From the sequence record PP723049.1: 40,000 nt of DNA. One strand, given 5' to 3'. Under the pieces are notes generated by a model. It saw only the letters and a list, made by a program, of their open reading frames with translations, had not been told where the DNA came from and searched no databases. Each line of letters begins with the position of its first letter. The stretch's first letter is position 1. A program made the translations under genes and the position numbers. Source of the DNA: Klebsiella phage vB_Kpn529046-KEN25_1. Positions 34,455-40,000 of this stretch are shown piece by piece.

Positions 34455-34455
34455 A

Positions 34456-34548
34456 TTAAACCAATAACGAAAGCAATATTACGTATAGTAAAAACCCAAT
34501 CACGAGTACTAGTACTATACCACCCGCTATAGCAAATAGGCTACTCAT
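34456..34548 (-). CDS. Single-TM micro-protein, 30 aa
   Basis: Not in track; MSSLFAIAGGIVLVLVIGFLLYVILLSLLV; overlaps upstream ORF end. Confidence 0.55.
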   Translation of the reverse strand: MSSLFAIAGGIVLVLVIGFLLYVILLSLLV

Positions 34549-34735
34549 GTTTAATATAACACCCATTCATATTAGCAATAAAGTCTTTACCCTGTGCCAA
34601 TACTTTACATTCGGAATTAAGACGATTTTGCATTTCTTCTCGTCTATCACTTTGTATAGATGCTGCCACACCAATCCAAATGAATAACATACTTAAAACT
34701 AGCATCAGGAGAGTATTATACGTTCTTGGCTTCAT
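34541..34735 (-). CDS. Small membrane-anchored protein
   Basis: MKPRTYNTLLMLVLSMLFIWIGVAASIQSDRREEMQNRLNSEC. Confidence 0.7.
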   Translation of the reverse strand: MKPRTYNTLLMLVLSMLFIWIGVAASIQSDRREEMQNRLNSECKVLAQGKDFIANMNGCYIKHE

Positions 34736-35315
34736 TATAAACACCTACCAGTTCGCACCAGTGTTTACGACAAAGAGAAACGTATTTGTCTTCACCACCA
34801 AGTTCTACTACTTCACCGTCGGTAATAGCATTTCCGTTTTCATCAATACGAGCTACCATAGTAGCTTTACGCCCACAATGGCAAACCCCCTTAAGCTCGA
34901 CCAGTTTATCGGCTACAGAAAGAAGAGCTTTAGAACCTTCGAATAACTCGCCGCGAAAATCAGTGCGAAGCCCATATGCCATTACTGGAACATCATACAA
35001 GTCAACGATTTTACATAGCTGAAGAACATGTTCAGCAGTCAAGAATTGTGCTTCATCTACAAATACACAATGAATATCACGTTGTGTTTGTGCCCACTTG
35101 AAAAATTCAAGTATGTCAATAGATTCGTCTACTGTATTAGCTTCATGACGAAGACCAATACGAGAAGTAACTTCCGTTGCCGAATCCCGAGTATCAATAG
35201 CAGGTTTCAGAATGAGAGTTCCCATTCCTCGTTCTTTATAGTTATGGGCTGCTGTAAGAAGGTTAGCTGATTTGCCTGCATTCATACTCGCGTAGTTGAA
35301 ATAAAGCTGTGCCAT
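34716..35315 (-). CDS. tk: Thymidine kinase
   Basis: NYASMNAGKSANLL, CVFVDEAQFL, CXC zinc site; matches T4 Tk. Confidence 0.98.
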   Translation of the reverse strand: MAQLYFNYASMNAGKSANLLTAAHNYKERGMGTLILKPAIDTRDSATEVTSRIGLRHEANTVDESIDILEFFKWAQTQRDIHCVFVDEAQFLTAEHVLQLCKIVDLYDVPVMAYGLRTDFRGELFEGSKALLSVADKLVELKGVCHCGRKATMVARIDENGNAITDGEVVELGGEDKYVSLCRKHWCELVGVYNEAKNV

Positions 35316-35482
35316 TAAAGTGTCTCCATAAAATCAGAAATAGCATTCTTAGAACGAATGAGTTCATCGTATTCTTCAGGTAGACCATTTCCGTAAATGG
35401 CACTAATAGCTACTACTTGCTCGGCACCTGCATAATCGTCAATCAACTGCCACAGTTTAGTTTTTTGCTCTTCAGTAATCAT
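35315..35482 (-). CDS. tk.1-like protein, 55 aa
   Basis: Not in track; MITEEQKTKLWQLIDDYAGAEQVVAISAIYGNGLPEEYDELIRSKNAISDFMETL; TAATG overlap with tk. Confidence 0.8.
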   Translation of the reverse strand: MITEEQKTKLWQLIDDYAGAEQVVAISAIYGNGLPEEYDELIRSKNAISDFMETL

Positions 35483-35506
35483 CTATTTACCTCTAACAAG
35501 ACGGAT

Positions 35507-35974
35507 TTAGCTTTTAGCTTCTTCATATTCTACCACCATAATGTCAATATCAGGGGTTGCTAAATTAATAAGTTTCTCAATTAGTTCCCAATCACCGCCA
35601 GCAATACCAGCACCAATCTTTGGAATGTATAGAGGACGATTATAAACAATACGACCAGAATTTAGTTCATGGAATGCATTAAAAATTGCGCCGTAATCAA
35701 CATTTGGACCTGGAGCATACTGGGTGTATAGATTATAGCAATATGCAGTGCCATTCTTATGGGTAGCTCGTGTATGAGTTCCAAGCTTAGCTAAATTGTT
35801 GTCATAATAACGGTCTTCATCGATGTCAATATCGAGAATTGGAGGATATGCTTTAGCAAGTTGTCCTGCTACACCAGCACCCATTGTAGTAAAGCAATTA
35901 CATCCATGAGCAATATCGCATTCATGCTTCATGAATAGTTCTACAATATTACCCTTGATATATCCAGTAATCAT
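35507..35974 (-). CDS. tk.4: Macrodomain protein, ADP-ribose-1''-phosphate phosphatase (T4 Tk.4-like)
   Basis: GNIVELF...IAHGCNCFTTMGAGVAGQLA...IPKIGAGIAGGDW. Confidence 0.9.
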   Translation of the reverse strand: MITGYIKGNIVELFMKHECDIAHGCNCFTTMGAGVAGQLAKAYPPILDIDIDEDRYYDNNLAKLGTHTRATHKNGTAYCYNLYTQYAPGPNVDYGAIFNAFHELNSGRIVYNRPLYIPKIGAGIAGGDWELIEKLINLATPDIDIMVVEYEEAKS

Positions 35975-35982
35975 TTATTCAC

Positions 35983-36375
35983 CTATGGAATTTTATAAGT
36001 TGCATATTCATTAAGATTATTGTATACTCTTAAAAATATAGCATTGTTGCAATTAAGGATAGGGTTCAGCACTCCGTGTTCTTTAGGATGCATTACTCCG
36101 TCAATAGAAACGCCGTCACTCTGCATTCCACATCCACGAGCGTTATATTCGACAAGTGGAACTATTACCTGGTCATCTTTATCTTGATAATTATAAAATG
36201 ACATTAGCAATTTTCTACTGCTAGGAACAAATGCTATTTCAATGTTGTTCTTGAATGGGCCATTACTTTCTATTTTAGTCCCCTGTGCTGCAAGCACAGT
36301 TTCAGGATAGCCTGGGAGCTTTTCCCAGGCATTAACTGAAAATGCGCAGCATAATAAAATAGCTGCTTTTTTCAT
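35983..36375 (-). CDS. Exported (periplasmic) hypothetical protein
   Basis: MKKAAILLCCAFSVNA-WEKLPG signal peptide. Confidence 0.78.
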   Translation of the reverse strand: MKKAAILLCCAFSVNAWEKLPGYPETVLAAQGTKIESNGPFKNNIEIAFVPSSRKLLMSFYNYQDKDDQVIVPLVEYNARGCGMQSDGVSIDGVMHPKEHGVLNPILNCNNAIFLRVYNNLNEYATYKIP

Positions 36376-36692
36376 TTTGACGATAGTCCTGACATATAAC
36401 GAGCCATTAATTGGTCACGATACATTAAACATATATTTTCGTTAGGAGCATTGACACATAAATCTTTCATGCTCTTAGCCTTACGATTTATTAGTGTTGT
36501 CCACTGGGCCGGGCTACGTGAATCTTTTACTCCATCGCTGAATGCTGAATCTAATTCAAGCGCTAATATATCAACACATTCAGAGTTCGTATTGCAAAAT
36601 GTTTTAGCGATACGAAGTGAATCTGTCATTGAATTTTCAGCATTAGCAGAGAATGCCAATACCAATCCAAGAAGCGCGGCGTACTTTACCAT
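36372..36692 (-). CDS. Exported (periplasmic) hypothetical protein, Cys-rich
   Basis: MVKYAALLGLVLAFSANA-ENS signal peptide; four cysteines. Confidence 0.78.
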   Translation of the reverse strand: MVKYAALLGLVLAFSANAENSMTDSLRIAKTFCNTNSECVDILALELDSAFSDGVKDSRSPAQWTTLINRKAKSMKDLCVNAPNENICLMYRDQLMARYMSGLSSK

Positions 36693-37237
36693 TATTCCAC
36701 CTTTGTATGTAGCATTTTATGTTTCTTTAAGAAATTAGCTTTCTCTAGGACATCTGACGCATAAGAGTTTCCCCTTTTGACATTCCATCCTGCATTATAA
36801 CTAGCAAGAGCTTTTCGCATATTGCCGTTATGTATATTTAACCAATATGAAAGCTCAATATATGCCCATTCTGCGGAATTCTGTCTAGATTTAAGCATTT
36901 TTCTTATTTCAGAATCACTAAGGTTTTTGCCTTCTAATTTAGCTCTGGCTTTAACCGTAGGCAAGTAATTTTGAAATACCCCATAAGAATGATGCCCCTT
37001 TCCTGCTTTTAAATTGGCTCCTGCCGAAGATTCTTTCCATGATATAGCAGCCATTATATATCCTAAGCCGTTATTATCATATCGGTTATGTGGAGATTTT
37101 TCCTTTCCGGATTTTTGATATTGTTCACCAAAATTATATGCGTAATGCAAGTTGTCAAGTTGAACATTACTGAAAGTTGGCTCAGACCCAAAGGCCGTTG
37201 AACACAAGGCCATTAGACCGATAAGCGCTTTTTTCAT
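36692..37237 (-). CDS. Exported lysozyme/SLT-like transglycosylase
   Basis: Signal peptide; ISWKESSAGANLKAGKGHHSYGVFQN...ALASYNAGWNVKRG. Confidence 0.85.
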   Translation of the reverse strand: MKKALIGLMALCSTAFGSEPTFSNVQLDNLHYAYNFGEQYQKSGKEKSPHNRYDNNGLGYIMAAISWKESSAGANLKAGKGHHSYGVFQNYLPTVKARAKLEGKNLSDSEIRKMLKSRQNSAEWAYIELSYWLNIHNGNMRKALASYNAGWNVKRGNSYASDVLEKANFLKKHKMLHTKVE

Positions 37238-37244
37238 GTTTACC

Positions 37245-37703
37245 TCAATTAATGTGTATAACTTTTGTGCTGATTTTACCTTTCAATCGTTTATCATTAA
37301 CGAATGCCATACGACACTTTATGCTAGGTCCTTTTCCCGGTCTTGGAATATCCATAGTAAACCCTAGCCACAGATTTCCATCCGTAATTTCTAACCGCAT
37401 TGGCTTATACTCGATGTTTTCATCAATGTCTTTTGGGTCAATTGGAAGCCAAGGCATTGCTAAGAATTCATTAATTTCTTTAAGATGATTAGGAATTTTG
37501 GAAAGAACAGAGAATACATACTCTTCATCAATTTCACGTTGGATAGCACGGTCCAACAAATGATCAGAGTACTTAGTGAAGAAAGGCTCTTTGCCCTCAG
37601 CCTTAGCTCGGGCACGAACTGATAAATTCAAAGAGCGAAAAGCTTCCTCAAACTTACGACGCAGTTTAGTTCTGCGAATGAATACTTCTGGGTTAGTTGA
37701 CAT
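37245..37703 (-). CDS. regB: RegB endoribonuclease
   Basis: EVFIRRTKLRRKFEE...YSDHLLDRAIQREIDEEYVF...RLEITDGNLWLGFTM matches T4 RegB. Confidence 0.97.
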   Translation of the reverse strand: MSTNPEVFIRRTKLRRKFEEAFRSLNLSVRARAKAEGKEPFFTKYSDHLLDRAIQREIDEEYVFSVLSKIPNHLKEINEFLAMPWLPIDPKDIDENIEYKPMRLEITDGNLWLGFTMDIPRPGKGPSIKCRMAFVNDKRLKGKISTKVIHIN

Positions 37704-37730
37704 AGTTCATTCTCCTTTGTTTGTAGGGCC

Positions 37731-37760
37731 ATAGTATCATGGCCCGTAAGGAAAGTAAAC
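37731..37760 (-). promoter_or_regulatory. T4-type early promoter for regB
   Basis: GTTTAC (37755-37760), 18 nt, TACTAT (37731-37736). Confidence 0.93.
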
Positions 37761-37766
37761 TACTTT

Positions 37767-38048
37767 TTAATATTTTTCTTCTGGCTGAAACACTGAACGA
37801 CACGCCCACATTGAGGCTTCCTTCAGGTGCTGAATAGCATTGCGAATTTGAGTAATGCGTTCATTAGCCAAGTCAAATTCTTTGTCGCTCATTGTACTAA
37901 CATCTAAGCTCATGTACTTTTCAACATGTTCTTCTTCCAACGCTTTGAAAATTAATCCAAGACGGATTTCTGCGTCTTTGATAGCATTCACTTTACCAAT
38001 TTTTTCATTGGTATGTGGCTTGTATCCTTTAATATCTTCGATTGACAT
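37767..38048 (-). CDS. Acb2/Vs.4-like protein (candidate anti-CBASS cyclic nucleotide sponge)
   Basis: HTNEKIGKVNAIKDAEIRLGLIFKALE...LANERITQIRNAIQHLKEASMWACRSVFQPEE; small helical, positioned upstream of regB like T4 vs genes. Confidence 0.75.
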   Translation of the reverse strand: MSIEDIKGYKPHTNEKIGKVNAIKDAEIRLGLIFKALEEEHVEKYMSLDVSTMSDKEFDLANERITQIRNAIQHLKEASMWACRSVFQPEEKY

Positions 38049-38410
38049 TATAGTGCCTCTGTGAAAGTACGAGCGATAACGTCGCGCTGCTGTTCCGGAG
38101 TCAGGGAGTTGAAGCGTACCGCGTAGCCGGAAACACGAATGGTCAGCTGCGGATATTTTTCCGGATGCTCAACCGCGTCCAGCAGGGTTTCGCGACGCAG
38201 CACGTTAACGTTAAGATGCTGACCGCCTTCAATTTTTACTGTTGGTTGGTATTCAATTTCTACTTCACGCGCCTTGTAGCCATAAAAGGTTTCAGCATCC
38301 GTAATAGTATCTTCTTTAAGAACTTTTGAAACGATTACTCGTGCGTCATCACCATCTTCGATGTAAATGGTGCCTTTAAGTTCACCTTCAAGAATTTGAT
38401 ATGCTTTCAT
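38048..38410 (-). CDS. GrcA (YfiD)-like autonomous glycyl radical cofactor protein
   Basis: [63 protein letters not shown]; RVSGYAVRF glycyl radical motif. Confidence 0.95.
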   Translation of the reverse strand: MKAYQILEGELKGTIYIEDGDDARVIVSKVLKEDTITDAETFYGYKAREVEIEYQPTVKIEGGQHLNVNVLRRETLLDAVEHPEKYPQLTIRVSGYAVRFNSLTPEQQRDVIARTFTEAL

Positions 38411-38418
38411 ATTTCCTC

Positions 38419-38910
38419 TTAATTAGATTCTTTATTCCAACCACGCATGTACGCGGTAATTACGTCCATAGTATTCCACTCAGTAGAATGGAACTTGGAT
38501 GCAGCCTGTAAGTACGAGATTTTACCTTCTGGCATCAATTTTACCCGTGCTAAACGTTCAGAAATAGCAGCGTCTTTCCATGTAGCAAAACCCGTTGGTC
38601 CTTTTAATTCTTCTTTAAGACGAATAACTTCTGCTTCTAATTCAGATTCTCGCCATAAGCGTTCTCTGGCATCATTAGCATAAAGTATTTCTTCATCAGT
38701 TTCTTTATCGTATTCCACAATTTCAATAGGCTCGTTAACTCCATATCCGCGAGTGCCTATATACGTTGTAGCTTCTTCCCACTGTTTTGTGGTTTCATTC
38801 CAAGTTCCATTCTGGTGGGCTTCATAGAAATCTTGCTCTCCAGAATTACTGAACCAATCGCAGAAGCTTTCAACTAAATGTGGAGGACACTTTATAACAA
38901 TTTCAGCCAT
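38419..38910 (-). CDS. Hypothetical protein, 163 aa
   Basis: ORF. Confidence 0.78.
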   Translation of the reverse strand: MAEIVIKCPPHLVESFCDWFSNSGEQDFYEAHQNGTWNETTKQWEEATTYIGTRGYGVNEPIEIVEYDKETDEEILYANDARERLWRESELEAEVIRLKEELKGPTGFATWKDAAISERLARVKLMPEGKISYLQAASKFHSTEWNTMDVITAYMRGWNKESN

Positions 38911-39203
38911 TGCATTGTTTTCTCTTGAATGCGTTGGTCATATGTGATTAAGCTTGAACTAATCACGCCTTTGAGCTTGCCAGATATAAACTCAATTCTA
39001 AAATTAGGATAGCGATTCATCCACTTCGTGTTAGGAGCGTTAGAAATGAATTCTGCACCTTTAAACGGACCAGACAGAAACTTGTAGCGCTTGTACTCAA
39101 GCAGGTTGCCAGCCGTAACCATTGTTATTAATTGCTTCATATCGGCAAATCCTGTATTTTCCATTACTGTAATCATATCAACAATTTCTGTCTGTGTCAT
39201 CAT
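38892..39203 (-). CDS. Hypothetical protein, 103 aa
   Basis: ORF, coupled. Confidence 0.75.
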   Translation of the reverse strand: MMTQTEIVDMITVMENTGFADMKQLITMVTAGNLLEYKRYKFLSGPFKGAEFISNAPNTKWMNRYPNFRIEFISGKLKGVISSSLITYDQRIQEKTMQWLKLL

Positions 39204-39733
39204 TGCATTCCTATCACGAAAAATAAAGGTAAGGTATCATTAGGCATAGACCATCTGATAGCTTCCTGGTACATATCATAGAACTTCATCATATCGGGAA
39301 CTTTCATTGGTTCTTCAATGATAATTAATGCTCTTCCAAACTTTCTTCCCCTAAACTTGTAAGAGGAATCATTGGATAGAAATTCCCTGATTGTCATCGG
39401 AACAATTGATTTAGCTATCTCATTAGCCGGTAATTTATTAATTAAATGCGATGAATTATATTCTCGTAGAATACCTTCCATCAGTTCAGATGATTGTGTG
39501 TATCGAGTAGATAAGATTATAACCGAACCATCTTCAAGCAACCAATCGGTAGCGAATTGGCATAAGGCTGCAGTCTTTCCGGTTTGTCTTCCACCGTCTA
39601 GACGAAGGGTACCGTACTCTCGCATAAGGCAAGATGGTTCATAAAAGCTATAGTTGGGGTTATTCAATCGTCTGTCTGCAGCGTCTCTGAAAGCATGCAT
39701 CAGGGTCAAATAAATGGGAGTTAAGTGTTTCAT
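39200..39733 (-). CDS. P-loop ATPase-like protein, 177 aa
   Basis: LDGGRQTGKTAALCQFA Walker A; RALIIIEEP Walker B. Confidence 0.78.
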   Translation of the reverse strand: MKHLTPIYLTLMHAFRDAADRRLNNPNYSFYEPSCLMREYGTLRLDGGRQTGKTAALCQFATDWLLEDGSVIILSTRYTQSSELMEGILREYNSSHLINKLPANEIAKSIVPMTIREFLSNDSSYKFRGRKFGRALIIIEEPMKVPDMMKFYDMYQEAIRWSMPNDTLPLFFVIGMQ

Positions 39734-39812
39734 TGTAGATTCCAGTTAAAGGGGCCATTCCTTGGCGCGTGCTTAGTCCGTGTAATATTTTGATAAGTAT
39801 AGACAATAAGGT

Positions 39813-40000
39813 CTAAACGTATTCCCGGCCTCCCTTAAGGGTGTTCATTCGTACTTTGGCTTGAGGGCCGTCATGGCTTAAATCATAAGCACGCATTACA
39901 CCCCAGGACTTTTTAATTTTAGCCAAAGAACCTTTAGATACAGTAATAATAAAATTATCACTACCTTTGGTCCATTCAACTGAATCTACTTGCACGCCTT
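39813..40000 (-). CDS. Hypothetical protein, 5' end may lie beyond the window
   Basis: Track start is GTG at 39995; frame remains open to the edge. Confidence 0.6.
   Translation of the reverse strand, partial: GVQVDSVEWTKGSDNFIITVSKGSLAKIKKSWGVMRAYDLSHDGPQAKVRMNTLKGGREYV

Noticed and set aside
1-40000. CRISPR array, tRNA or rRNA genes
   Set aside because: No regularly spaced direct repeats and no recognisable tRNA cloverleaf or rRNA sequence were seen by eye; a tRNAscan-SE run would be needed to be certain.

Overview
This is a contiguous piece of a T4-like (Tevenvirinae-type) myophage genome. Every well-supported gene is on the minus strand. Read by recognisable protein motifs and T4 gene order, it runs through: replication genes (43, regA, 62, 44, 45, rpbA, 45.2, 46, 47), alpha-glucosyltransferase, late sigma gp55, a block of small accessory ORFs, anaerobic nucleotide reduction (nrdH-like, nrdG, nrdD), gene 49 (endonuclease VII), nrdC, a long accessory block (zinc-ribbon proteins, DUF4031-like, GIY-YIG homing endonuclease, AAA ATPase, nucleotidyltransferase, membrane proteins), rI, tk, tk.1-like, tk.4 macrodomain, a group of exported proteins including a lysozyme-like transglycosylase, regB, an Acb2/Vs.4-like anti-CBASS candidate, a GrcA (YfiD)-like glycyl-radical protein, and a P-loop ATPase. 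I read the intergenic DNA directly and found eight T4-type early promoters with near-constant 17-18 bp spacing, five MotA-type middle promoters, two TATAAATA late promoters, the gp43 translational operator, and a family of C(UUCG)G hairpins. Two of those hairpins sit inside the 5' coding part of genes. I also resolved eleven short ORFs absent from the supplied track, most with ATGA-type start/stop coupling, and one open-ended lipoprotein gene at the left edge. The most notable item is the grcA-like gene, which looks like a chimera: a divergent AT-rich 5' part joined to a GC-rich, host-like 3' part. No wholly new multi-gene system can be proven from sequence alone; the best candidates for new biology are listed as findings.
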